From the NCBI GenBank assembly GCA_000002435.2, contig CM018792.1: a stretch of 64,000 bases of DNA; one strand, 5' to 3'. Under the pieces are notes generated by a model. It did no database searches and was not told where the DNA came from. It saw only the letters and a program-made list of their open reading frames with translations. Below are positions 51,684-61,020 of this stretch, in pieces. The position numbers and the translations under genes are program-made. The stretch is from Giardia intestinalis. Its lineage: Eukaryota. Within the stretch, counting starts at the first letter, position 1. Each line of letters starts with the position of its first letter.

Positions 51684-53615
51684 CTATCCCTTGAGCTTGA
51701 GGCCTTTGAAAACTATCTGGCCAATCTCCTTATAGATTGCACCGTCACCGCTTATCCTACGCATCAGGATTCCAAGTTGAGGCGAAATTGCACTGCCAAT
51801 CCTGTAAATATCAATACTAAACTGAACGTTCATGCGTTCGCACTTGAATGACCCTTCACGTTCTGAGTCTGCTTTAATTCTAAGCTCCTTAAAGACCTGT
51901 TTGAGCCTGACAACGAGATCTTCATACTGGACAGTAGTAACTACACCGTTCTCCTTTGTAATGTCGTCTTTGCATATGCGTAGCCCACCGTCGTCGTACT
52001 CCACCGTCATCTCTGGGGCCTCGCTGGAGGTTTTGACTGTCGGGGTATCCACAAGCTTTTCTGTCTTATGGTTACGGGTCGTGACAGCACCACCACCTGC
52101 AACAGGGCCTGCAGGGAGGTTGAGACCGAGACCTAGTCCGGGTATCTTGGCTTGGCCGACAGGTATGACTGGGACGGTCGCAGCCAGCTCTGCGGTTTCG
52201 CGCTTGAGCTCCACATCCTTCTCATTGATCTTCATCGTGACTTTCTCTTGACTACCCCTATCCGAGGCGGGGTCCTGTGCAACAGCGTCCTTTGTGCTGG
52301 CATCGGAAGTATTAGAGTGCAAGTGCTTCCCTACCTTGTCGCCAGAAACCTCGAGCTTGAGCTTTCCAATGGTAACCATGGTATTGTTCTCGGCATGCAA
52401 GATGTTGTTCTCAGAATCTATCTCTATTCCTATCTCCTCACAGATCTTCTTCTTCACTTCCAAGTTATCAAAGTCTGCCTTTTCGTAGCCATTTATTCCT
52501 ATGATGGCAGCCATAGACATCTTCGGGTTGCTTTTCTTGGTAGCCTCTGCCTTCTCAGCCAAGAGTGTGTAGGTGGCGGTCGATGCGTTGTGCTTTCCAA
52601 GGAATAGCCCACGGATGCACTCCACGGCATCCAGATTCATCCTGTGCATCTGCAGCAGGATCCCAAAATTCAAGTCGGAGGATATCTCTGGCAGCTCGGT
52701 CAGAATGGGCTCACTTCGACCGTCATGATTGAGAGCCCAGTTCTTCTGAATCCATGGATAAGTAATTAACTCTTCAATGGTTACGCGATCGTCCGGGTTG
52801 ACAGTGAGAAGAGCCTTCAGCACGTCCTTGGCTCCCTGGCTAAGATAACTTGGCGTGGAAAACTCTCCTGACAAGATCTTGATATACAAGCTCTGGGTTG
52901 TGCTGCCCTCAAACGGCAGGCAGCCACAGAGCATCGCATAGAGAATTATACCAGTGCTCCAGAGATCTGCGGAGGGGCCACTATACAGCTTGCCCTGAAT
53001 CATCTCAGGGGGAGCGTAAGCAGGAGAGCCGCAGCAAGTCTTCATAAAGGTGTCATGAAATATGTTCGACAGGCCGAAATCGATAATCTTAATGTCGTTA
53101 TTCGCAGTAAGAAGTAGGTTTTCGGGCTTAAGATCGCGGTGAACAATGCGCCTGGAGTGGAGAAAATGTAGTCCGTTCAGAAGCTGGCAAAGGAAACGGC
53201 AGGCCTCCTTCTCGGACAGGCGGCCCTTTGCTACGATATAATCGAAAAGCTCTCCGTTGTTCATGTATTCCTGGACGATATACACATGCCTGGGGGTGTC
53301 GACGATCTCATAAAGCTTGATTACGTTGGGGTGGTTAAGAAGTTTCAGAATTTGGATTTCACGCGTGATGCGCTCTATGTCGGCGGCCTCTGTTATCTTC
53401 GACTTTTCGATTATCTTGAGAGCAATACGCTCGTTAGTCAGTACGTGAGTCCCTAGACGCACCTTTGAGAATGACCCTTCGCCTATCGTCTTGCCAATTA
53501 TATAGTTCCCCACCCGCTTGACACGGATCTTCTTTGTGTCCTGATCTTCCCTGGAGGCATCTGGAGGGCAGGCATCGTCGACGGCCCTATCGGCGACCTT
53601 GTCGGTCTTCGGCAT
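51684..53615 (-). CDS. Ser/Thr protein kinase, CAMK-like (MARK/AMPK-related) with a C-terminal KA1 domain
   Basis: GEGSFSKV...ALKII, HRDLKPENLLL, DFGLS, SPAYAPPE. The C-terminal RRISGDGAIYKEIGQIVFKGLKL resembles the KA1 tail (KRISG...ELKL). The start is placed at MPKTDK (aattttaaaATG initiator), because the longer ORF (to 53744) would run into the tRNA gene. Confidence 0.85.
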   Translation of the reverse strand: MPKTDKVADRAVDDACPPDASREDQDTKKIRVKRVGNYIIGKTIGEGSFSKVRLGTHVLTNERIALKIIEKSKITEAADIERITREIQILKLLNHPNVIKLYEIVDTPRHVYIVQEYMNNGELFDYIVAKGRLSEKEACRFLCQLLNGLHFLHSRRIVHRDLKPENLLLTANNDIKIIDFGLSNIFHDTFMKTCCGSPAYAPPEMIQGKLYSGPSADLWSTGIILYAMLCGCLPFEGSTTQSLYIKILSGEFSTPSYLSQGAKDVLKALLTVNPDDRVTIEELITYPWIQKNWALNHDGRSEPILTELPEISSDLNFGILLQMHRMNLDAVECIRGLFLGKHNASTATYTLLAEKAEATKKSNPKMSMAAIIGINGYEKADFDNLEVKKKICEEIGIEIDSENNILHAENNTMVTIGKLKLEVSGDKVGKHLHSNTSDASTKDAVAQDPASDRGSQEKVTMKINEKDVELKRETAELAATVPVIPVGQAKIPGLGLGLNLPAGPVAGGGAVTTRNHKTEKLVDTPTVKTSSEAPEMTVEYDDGGLRICKDDITKENGVVTTVQYEDLVVRLKQVFKELRIKADSEREGSFKCERMNVQFSIDIYRIGSAISPQLGILMRRISGDGAIYKEIGQIVFKGLKLKG

Positions 53616-53714
53616 TTTAAAATTATTTTTGCAGCCGGATTCCGGGGTCGGCACAGACCCTACCCCTCCCCTGCTACATGCGTCTCCTGCGCAGGGGGAC
53701 CCAAGGAAGAAGTG

Positions 53715-53786
53715 AGCCCACACCGGGACTCGAACCCAGATCACTAGCTCCGGAGGCTAGCATGCTTTCCATTGCACTATGCGAGC
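53715..53786 (-). tRNA. tRNA-Arg (anticodon CCG)
   Basis: The minus-strand sequence GCTCGCA-TA-GTGC-AATGGAAA-GCAT-G-CTAGC-CTCCGGA-GCTAG-TGAT-CTGGG-TTCGAGT-CCCGG-TGTGGGC-T folds as a 72-nt cloverleaf. It has U8, A14, GG in the D-loop, U33, a purine at 37, G53-C61, TTCGAGT T-loop and A58. The anticodon arm AGCCTCCGGAGCT is identical to human tRNA-Arg-CCG. Confidence 0.8.
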
Positions 53787-53843
53787 GTGCGCGCGCGAAG
53801 GACGCTGCGAAGGGCATGGGCTCTGTGTGTCTTGTCCGTTTAC

Positions 53844-55295
53844 TCACGCCTCGTCCTCCCCGAGGGCGATCGCGGCCTTCCGGGCGGGCCGGGATGCAGG
53901 CGGCACAGCGGGTGCCGCAGGGCCTGGCGCGCCCCCGCCGACAACAACGCCCGTCGTAACCTCGTTGAAAGAGAACATCGCCCCGTAGCTCGTGAGGAAC
54001 TCGCAGGAGCGGTCGAGGTCCATGAAGAGCCCATATGCATGCTGGCAATCCTCCAGAGCAACCTGGTGCGACTGGCGGCGCTGCGCGATAATGTGCGACG
54101 TCGTGATGAGCTGGATGGCGTAGCGGAGAGACGTGCTAAAGCCGACCTTGGAGAGGAAGTCGATGGCCTGGTCCTCGAACTCGACGCCCTCTTGCTCTCC
54201 TCGCACCACTAGAATCTCGCGAATCTGGTCCTCTGTGAATGCATCGGTGTGGATAATCAAAAGGCGGTCGAGCAGATCTGTTGGCATAGCAAAGGGCGAC
54301 TGGTATTCCGTGCCTCTTATCTGCGCAATTCCACGGTTTGTAGCGAAGATTATGATGGGAGAAAGCTCCGACTCGAGGGCGCGATTGAGGAAAGAGTGGC
54401 ATTCGATATTAAGCATGTGGCATTCGTCTATGAAAAGAACACCAGGAATGACCGTGGCCTTTCCTTCCTCCTTCCACGCGGCTATCTTCTGGTCGACTTG
54501 TTCGCGAACCTCAATTGATATCTCGCCCGTATCTCCATTGAACAGAGCAAGGAAGCCCTGGCTTCTGGAGTTAATGACGTCCATGTCGTGGAGCGTAACA
54601 TCGTGCTCCACTTCACGCCGGGTAATGAGCTCGCCAGTGGGAGGCTGCAATAGCTTCGTCTGGGCACCCATTGCATCGAACTTTTCAGCACAGCTGAACG
54701 AGCGACCCACCTTTGTAAGCCTCCCTGTGATCTTGTCTATGCTGATGATGTCACCCACTGTCACCGCCTCCTTGGTCAATTGTTCGATCATCTTCGCCCC
54801 TATGTCAAATGAACTTTCCATGTCTAACGTCTTGAGGATGATTTCACCCATCTTCTCACCAGTTGTCGTGTCGTCCTTGATGTTGATCTGGCCAACCTCG
54901 CCCTCGATGAGTTCCGTCTCCTCACGAATGCGCACGGAGATCGAACGACGCAAGGCTTGAGTCAGAGCCTCCGTTTGGTTGATGTCAAGGGAGAAAAACT
55001 CACTCGATGATGTTGATGTAAAGGGGATGTCCTTACCTAGAGATTGAGAGATGGCCGTGGCCAGCGCCGTCTTCCCGGTGGCAGGCTTCCCAGCGATCAG
55101 AATAGCGCGTCCAGCGAGCTTTCCGTCGCAGATCAACTGGTAGATGATCCCAGCTGCACGTCTTGCACGCTCCTGACCAACCATCCCTTCACGAGATTCC
55201 GGCTGGAGTTCGTCAGTGAGCCCGAGCCCACGAATATGGGAGTGTGCCCCAATGCGCTCTGTGAGGCTGTTTCCAACGGTGGCAGTGCTAGACAT
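53844..55295 (-). CDS. RUVBL2: RuvB-like helicase 2 (RuvBL2/Reptin/TIP49b)
   Basis: ERIGAHSHIRGLGL...MVGQERARRAAG...GKLAGRAILIAGKPATGKTA...IPGVLFIDECHMLNIE...LLDRLLII...TSLRYAIQLIT tracks human RUVBL2 nearly motif for motif. Confidence 0.95.
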   Translation of the reverse strand: MSSTATVGNSLTERIGAHSHIRGLGLTDELQPESREGMVGQERARRAAGIIYQLICDGKLAGRAILIAGKPATGKTALATAISQSLGKDIPFTSTSSSEFFSLDINQTEALTQALRRSISVRIREETELIEGEVGQINIKDDTTTGEKMGEIILKTLDMESSFDIGAKMIEQLTKEAVTVGDIISIDKITGRLTKVGRSFSCAEKFDAMGAQTKLLQPPTGELITRREVEHDVTLHDMDVINSRSQGFLALFNGDTGEISIEVREQVDQKIAAWKEEGKATVIPGVLFIDECHMLNIECHSFLNRALESELSPIIIFATNRGIAQIRGTEYQSPFAMPTDLLDRLLIIHTDAFTEDQIREILVVRGEQEGVEFEDQAIDFLSKVGFSTSLRYAIQLITTSHIIAQRRQSHQVALEDCQHAYGLFMDLDRSCEFLTSYGAMFSFNEVTTGVVVGGGAPGPAAPAVPPASRPARKAAIALGEDEA

Positions 55296-55448
55296 TTTTT
55301 TAACAAATCAATTTATCTTAAGTGATGAGCAAAGGCAAAAATCTAGATGCCAAGAAGCTTGAGACGCACGTCCGCCGTTAGATTTGCTACTCAGAATTGT
55401 AAGGCTGGCTCTCTTGGTTGATATAAAATAAGAGAGTTTTAAAATGTA

Positions 55449-56927
55449 ATGTTACAGGCCAAATGTACGCTCTGCACAGATCCTCTTCCTCTTTCATGGC
55501 TTAGCGGGAATCTCCTAGCTGAGGACCAGCTTAGTGTCGTAAGCGTGACGGACGCTCTTTCCATGCAGTTAGTGCTAATACAGGGACGGGGACCAAATGT
55601 AAAGTTTTTGCTGAAGACCATGGTTTGTAACTCATCCGCTCGTGAGCTTAACCCGGTCTTTCTTCAGGGCATCTCCACTGGGATAAGATCCGCCTTAGTG
55701 ACGTTTCTTAAAGACGAGTCTTCTGAGCTTCTGCTCGCCGTTTTGTCTCAAGATGGACTCCGTTACTTCGACACAGTCACCTCCCTAGAAGACCAGGAGG
55801 TAGGTAGTATTGCCATTTCTGCGCGGAGGCACCATGCCCTCCACAGGGTAGGAGAAACAGAGTATCTTATCGTTGGGGGCCTTCTGGAGGAGGACTACCT
55901 GGCAGGCAGAGCTACCGCCCTTAGTGACTGTTACATTGTTAATTTGGGTGACCCGTCCACAGAAAGCCTCGCAGTGTCGGGTCCATTTTTGTTACCGTAC
56001 CCCATTGCCGGTTGCACAATTAGCACGATAGGGCAACTAGATCGTTTCCCCTGGTCTCAGAAAAGGCATATCTTAATTGGCGGATACATAGACAGCACAG
56101 AGTGTAATAGTCGTGTCATGGAGTACAATTCCGATGAGAAGGTCTGGACTGCCTTGGATATAGAGCTCCTAGAAATGACTCCTAGGCACTCACACACAGC
56201 TATTACAATTAGCGATAGATACATAGTGATATATGGCGGCTTTACAGCAACCCGCTCCCCCCTCTACGACATGTGGGTTATAGACCTGGAGACCATGTCT
56301 ACCAGGCAGATAGCATTAGCTCCTGAGGGCCCTGCCCTTTCGGGGTGCACACTGTATTATAATGTGGTATCCGATGACCTGTTCTTCCTTAGTGGTCGAG
56401 GGATGGATGAAGACAAGCTGAGCTCTGATGCCTATGTGATCCAGGGCTTCGGAACCATGATCTTTCAGTGCTTCGATTCTTTGGCTAGCACAATGCTATA
56501 CAGCCTTTCAACGTCAAGCATGCAGACCACTGAGATTGATTCCTCCAACCAGACCATTGAATTTCTAAAATATAGACTAAACACTATCGAGATAGGATAT
56601 CTAAAGCAGATAATTTCCATGCGCCAGGCTTTGGAAGCTGAGCGCCGGGATAAGCAGCGTCTCTTGGCAATCTTGGAAAAGCAGATCCTTCTAAGTACGC
56701 GGGAGCGTCGTAGCACCCTTGTGGCAAGTCTCAGCAAGACCAGCAGTATGCAAATCAGTCTGTCCCATGTAGGTTTATCAAATGAAAAGCAGGAGAATTC
56801 ACTGGTGGTTGCGCCAAATGCTCTTGGGGACACAGATTCCTTTCAACATCTTATCTTCGCCCTTGTTGAGAAGATGAATGGAATGGAGAAAGAACTTGCC
56901 ACAATAAATATGCGCCTCCGTAACTAG
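55449..56927 (+). CDS. Kelch-repeat beta-propeller protein with a C-terminal coiled coil
   Basis: Repeated ...YLIVGG / HILIGGY / RYIVIYGG ... W ... motifs typical of Kelch blades, and a C-terminal QALEAERRDKQRLLAILEKQ coiled coil. Confidence 0.65.
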   Translation: MLQAKCTLCTDPLPLSWLSGNLLAEDQLSVVSVTDALSMQLVLIQGRGPNVKFLLKTMVCNSSARELNPVFLQGISTGIRSALVTFLKDESSELLLAVLSQDGLRYFDTVTSLEDQEVGSIAISARRHHALHRVGETEYLIVGGLLEEDYLAGRATALSDCYIVNLGDPSTESLAVSGPFLLPYPIAGCTISTIGQLDRFPWSQKRHILIGGYIDSTECNSRVMEYNSDEKVWTALDIELLEMTPRHSHTAITISDRYIVIYGGFTATRSPLYDMWVIDLETMSTRQIALAPEGPALSGCTLYYNVVSDDLFFLSGRGMDEDKLSSDAYVIQGFGTMIFQCFDSLASTMLYSLSTSSMQTTEIDSSNQTIEFLKYRLNTIEIGYLKQIISMRQALEAERRDKQRLLAILEKQILLSTRERRSTLVASLSKTSSMQISLSHVGLSNEKQENSLVVAPNALGDTDSFQHLIFALVEKMNGMEKELATINMRLRN

Positions 56928-56932
56928 TAAAG

Positions 56933-59900
56933 CTACTTCTTAAGCTTCTTGGCCGCCTTAGACTTCGGGCGGATCCTGTCATATCCTCGTTCTCGCACAG
57001 GGCCGCCCTTACCATCGAACCGTGTTAGCTCCTGCGACGATTTCTTAGTATGAGCACCTTGCTTCTTGTGACCCTTTTGAAGCTTCCCACTAATCCAGTC
57101 ATTTGAATACTCGTGCCTATCTCGTCGTTGCGGAGACCCTCTATGATCTCTGTTCTCAGTACGGTGATCTTGGTGGCTGCTCCGTGCCTGGTCGCGCTGA
57201 GACCGATGGTAAAGCGTGCGTACATTCTCCGCTGCAAATTCGCAGATTGGACGGCGGTCTCTGTAGAAGCTTCGTGGATTGTTGTTGAGGGCCAGAAGAC
57301 ACCGGAGTGCACTCTCGTGGCTTGTAAACTCAACAAAGCAGAACCCACTGTGCTGGCCGTCCATGTATCCCTCTTCGTTGTAAGCGTCATCCATAGACTT
57401 AACAAGATTATATGCCTTTGGCCCCCTCCGGAAACGCATTTCTGTACACCCGACCGATTTGAGCAGCCGCATGAGGACCTTGTACTCGTAGTTCTTGTCA
57501 CTCGGGTCGAACATCGCCCTGGCCTCAGATTCGTTGATCCGCCCAAATGATCGAATGACAATCCACGAAATCTTCCTTTCGTCAAACTCCTTAGGAATAT
57601 TACGGATGACTATCCGCGTCCTACTGATATGAATAGATTGATTGGTCATAAGACCCTTCAGTGTCTTCCAGTACTTGATCCGCTTCCTGACATCTTCAGG
57701 GGGGACGTCTGCCTTTGAAAATCCATCAATCCCTGGGATCAGCAGCCCAATTCTTGCAAGGCTAAGATTGCGCGGATCTTCTGTGTCTGTCTTTTCGCTC
57801 CTGTGCTTTTCAATTGTCTTGAGCTGCTGTCTCTCAATGGCGGGCTTAAGGGTTAAAGGAGAGCCATTGATAACCAGCAAGCCATTGGTGTAGTCAATAT
57901 ATTCTTCCGGAACCTTAAAGCGTGAGAGGATTAACCTGTGAATCTCCTCCCGGGAGAGACTGGTGTATGCATCCTGATTTCCCGTCTTGGCTGCTTCTCG
58001 GATTTCTAGAAGCTTCTGCTTATCATCGTCGGCTAGCAGTCCGGTTGATGCATTCTTCTCTAGTGAAAAGAAGTCCTCCTCCCCATCAGTGCTCTCTTCG
58101 TTTTTCTTCTTGGTTTTCCTCTTTCTCTGATTATCGTCCTTGCCTGGAACATCTGTGAAAGGCTGCTCTGACACAGTAGCTTGGTCATTAGGCGTGTCTT
58201 TTTCACGCTCTTCGGCAGCCAAGCGGGCAAGATCTTTCATGTAAGGGTCATCAAGGCCGTCTCCAACAGCAAGGGTGTGTGAAGTGCTGTGACCCGCCTT
58301 ACCGTTCTGACTGAAAAAAGCCTGATTTTTGAGACTGTTGTAGTATTCCATGGCACAGAGAGCTGCCCCCCGCTTTTTGAAGATTATGAAGGCAGAGCCC
58401 GTGTGTCTGTCCAGCATCTTATTAACAACTATGGATACATCACGCACCATTCCGAATGCTGAGAAGAGGCGCCGCAATTCATACCGAAGACCAGAGACAA
58501 GTATGTCTTGAGGACGGCATTTAGCATTCTTCGCCATCAGGACCTTTTCTGCCTCTGCCATACGGGCAGCAGTAACGCGAGAAGGCAGATTAGTAACGAA
58601 GATCGTCCTCTCGATCTCCTCCTGCTTGTCTTTAGTCCCGTCAGATTTGGTTCCTGGGACTTCAGTCTGAGCATCTTGTTGTTTCGTCTCATCGCCCAAC
58701 AGTTCGCTTAAGTTGTCCGTATTGCTGCTTACGTTAGGGTCCTCGTCATATGCTTGCTCCTTGTTAGGGTCATAAGAAGGCTCATCTTGATCCTTTGCAG
58801 GCACCTCACGAACAAACGGCTTGATAATTGTCTTACCATCTTCATAGAGCTCAAAGCTAGGCTCATTGTCGGATGCGCCTGCAGAACTAAAAGAGCTGCC
58901 TTCCGTGTTAGAGTCGCTAGAACTGGCTCTGCTGTAGCTATAATCCATACCATCTGATTCTGATCCTGACTCTGAAACGCTTCGGCTCCGGTTTTCTGTG
59001 TCATCGATAGTGTCTCCTGCTGCGCGTGCAATGACTTGCTGCTGCCTTTCAAACGTGTTTTTATCTAGCCCCCAATCTAAGATACTTGTATGATGTAGAA
59101 TCCGCAGCTTAACACTGGATACAAGGGCGACAGCATCAGAGTGGGTAGCCAGAACAAGAAATGCAAATCCCGACCCTTGTGTCCTTCCGCTAATGGTTCG
59201 GCTTGGAAGGCGGAGCTCTATCACAGGATATTTATCTCTGACCGCTTCAAAGATAGTATTAGCGTAAACTGTAAACGGCAGGTTTCTGAGGATAACCGTG
59301 GTCATACGCGGATATGCTCCGGTGTCGTGAGGGCGAACTATCACGTTGCTAGCGGCAGTTATCTTCCATTTGTCTTTGAGCTTTTTGAAGATGTTCGCTG
59401 CCGCTTGCTCTGGAGAAAGAATTGTCTTGCCCTTTTGAGGCTTCGACTCCGTCTTGGTCTCTTGTGAGAATTGCTTTTCAGCCTCCTGCTCCGCCTCTCT
59501 ACTCATGTACACAACAGCATATGTGATTGGATCCTTCACACCCTCGTTGCGCCAATCCTTGACTGAGGTAGTGTGCATTGTAAGGTTGACAACGTGGCGA
59601 TACGCACTGTGGACAATTTGAAACAGCTCTTTGGGATCTCGTTTCTCGGGTGGAATATTGTAGATTAGAAAAGAGTTTGGAATGGATTTATAATCAACTG
59701 GATGTGTGTTCAAGGCCTCGCGAAGCTTCTGTGCATTGTCTCTTTCCGGCGGCCTATCGGAATACGGCCTTATAATGAGGACTCTGCCACCAATCTCTAT
59801 CGGGCTGTGCTCATGATGGGCAAGCACATCCTGCAGGTCGTCCACAGTAGCGAACTGCAACACGCCGAACCCCTTCGACTTTCCATCTCGTCCCTGGACA

Positions 59901-60010
59901 ACCTCCGCATTGCTGACAGGAACTATCCGTGCAAACGGCGCCTTCAGCTCCTTGAACGTGCAGTCATACGGGAGGTTGCCGACATAGAGCTTCTTGGCAT
60001 CGAAGGCCAT
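56933..60010 (-). CDS. Multi-RRM nucleolar RNA-binding protein (RBM19/Mrd1- or RBM28/Nop4-like)
   Basis: At least 4-5 RRMs (KLYVGNLPY...KGFGVLQF, TVILRNLPF...GFAFLVL, RTIFVTNLP...GSAFIIF, RIVIRNIPK...GFCFVEFTS) separated by acidic and Ser-rich linkers, with a basic R/D/H-rich tail. Confidence 0.8.
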   Translation of the reverse strand: MAFDAKKLYVGNLPYDCTFKELKAPFARIVPVSNAEVVQGRDGKSKGFGVLQFATVDDLQDVLAHHEHSPIEIGGRVLIIRPYSDRPPERDNAQKLREALNTHPVDYKSIPNSFLIYNIPPEKRDPKELFQIVHSAYRHVVNLTMHTTSVKDWRNEGVKDPITYAVVYMSREAEQEAEKQFSQETKTESKPQKGKTILSPEQAAANIFKKLKDKWKITAASNVIVRPHDTGAYPRMTTVILRNLPFTVYANTIFEAVRDKYPVIELRLPSRTISGRTQGSGFAFLVLATHSDAVALVSSVKLRILHHTSILDWGLDKNTFERQQQVIARAAGDTIDDTENRSRSVSESGSESDGMDYSYSRASSSDSNTEGSSFSSAGASDNEPSFELYEDGKTIIKPFVREVPAKDQDEPSYDPNKEQAYDEDPNVSSNTDNLSELLGDETKQQDAQTEVPGTKSDGTKDKQEEIERTIFVTNLPSRVTAARMAEAEKVLMAKNAKCRPQDILVSGLRYELRRLFSAFGMVRDVSIVVNKMLDRHTGSAFIIFKKRGAALCAMEYYNSLKNQAFFSQNGKAGHSTSHTLAVGDGLDDPYMKDLARLAAEEREKDTPNDQATVSEQPFTDVPGKDDNQRKRKTKKKNEESTDGEEDFFSLEKNASTGLLADDDKQKLLEIREAAKTGNQDAYTSLSREEIHRLILSRFKVPEEYIDYTNGLLVINGSPLTLKPAIERQQLKTIEKHRSEKTDTEDPRNLSLARIGLLIPGIDGFSKADVPPEDVRKRIKYWKTLKGLMTNQSIHISRTRIVIRNIPKEFDERKISWIVIRSFGRINESEARAMFDPSDKNYEYKVLMRLLKSVGCTEMRFRRGPKAYNLVKSMDDAYNEEGYMDGQHSGFCFVEFTSHESALRCLLALNNNPRSFYRDRRPICEFAAENVRTLYHRSQRDQARSSHQDHRTENRDHRGSPQRRDRHEYSNDWISGKLQKGHKKQGAHTKKSSQELTRFDGKGGPVRERGYDRIRPKSKAAKKLKK

Positions 60011-60084
60011 TTAAATGAACTGCTTTTTGCATGCAGCTTAAAATTGCATTATAAAGAAAGTGAAGAAATCGGAATTTAGCTCTA

Positions 60085-60999
60085 ATGGAAGGGACAAAGG
60101 TGATTCACCTTATCCGGCCCCCACCTGTGCAGGCCCAGGGGGGCGCGCAACCAGGTTCACAGGGGCCTATCTGTGGTCTTGACAGGCTCCCCAGGGCAGG
60201 TCACAGCTTTCGAGATATCGTACCTGTTACGTCTCATCACTCCCCGCCACTCTCCAGATCCGGTGATACCAGATTAACTGGGCGGCGGATAATCCATCAA
60301 GATAGCATCAGCACGTTTAATAAGCCGTCAGACCCGCCAATTGGCGGGAAGCTGCAAGTATCTGGAAAAACCATATCCAGACTCTTCACTGGCGAGCCAG
60401 AGTACAGGGCCGGAAAGAAGTGTTCTGCCCAAGGCGAAACTATAGGCAACATACAGGCTGAGTGTAACTATGCAATGCCGCGCCGTCATCGCCCCACAGC
60501 TGAGGAATGTTCCGGGCGCGCAGGAACAACTAGTGAGTACATGATGCATAATCAGACAGGCATCAAAACCTTCGAGCAGAAGTCTGGAGAAGAGGCAGTA
60601 ATGTGTTCTAGTAAGCGCCATTACGCTTCGGCAGCGCCATCGGCCACAGACGCGATGATACCGCATAAGAAGATAGCCCCATTCCAGCGTTCTGATCCGT
60701 TTGGATCTTCTGGATACCCTGAAGATATGCGAGGACCAAGGCCACGCCATAATACTGGCCCAAGCGTAGAAGAAATCTTTAAGCCCAGTTTGAATGTGAA
60801 CACGGCGAAGTTCTCCAGCGACAAGGCAAGTATCTTACATACTGCGCCCCCAACAAGGTTCGACATTACGGGACCGATTGCTATCGATGCACGTAAGCAA
60901 ACACAGAGCACAGCAGCTATGATGGCTGAATACCATGCAACACGGCAAGCCGCAGCCAACTTGAAGGCACGGGAGTACGTCGAGACCAGTTGTTATTGA
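60085..60999 (+). CDS. Hypothetical protein (304 aa). The evidence is weak.
   Basis: The only long ORF in the ~1 kb gap between two minus-strand genes. Its composition is somewhat GC-rich and low-complexity, and antisense ORFs 60328..60750 and 60621..60959 also exist. Confidence 0.4.
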   Translation: MEGTKVIHLIRPPPVQAQGGAQPGSQGPICGLDRLPRAGHSFRDIVPVTSHHSPPLSRSGDTRLTGRRIIHQDSISTFNKPSDPPIGGKLQVSGKTISRLFTGEPEYRAGKKCSAQGETIGNIQAECNYAMPRRHRPTAEECSGRAGTTSEYMMHNQTGIKTFEQKSGEEAVMCSSKRHYASAAPSATDAMIPHKKIAPFQRSDPFGSSGYPEDMRGPRPRHNTGPSVEEIFKPSLNVNTAKFSSDKASILHTAPPTRFDITGPIAIDARKQTQSTAAMMAEYHATRQAAANLKAREYVETSCY

Positions 61000-61020
61000 A
61001 AGTAAACGGTTTTCTACTCG

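Noticed and set aside
54133-54960. 275-aa plus-strand ORF inside RuvBL2, and 53772..54212+ overlapping the tRNA and the RuvBL2 3' end
   Set aside because: Antisense to a highly conserved gene or to a tRNA. Ser/Met-rich nonsense composition.
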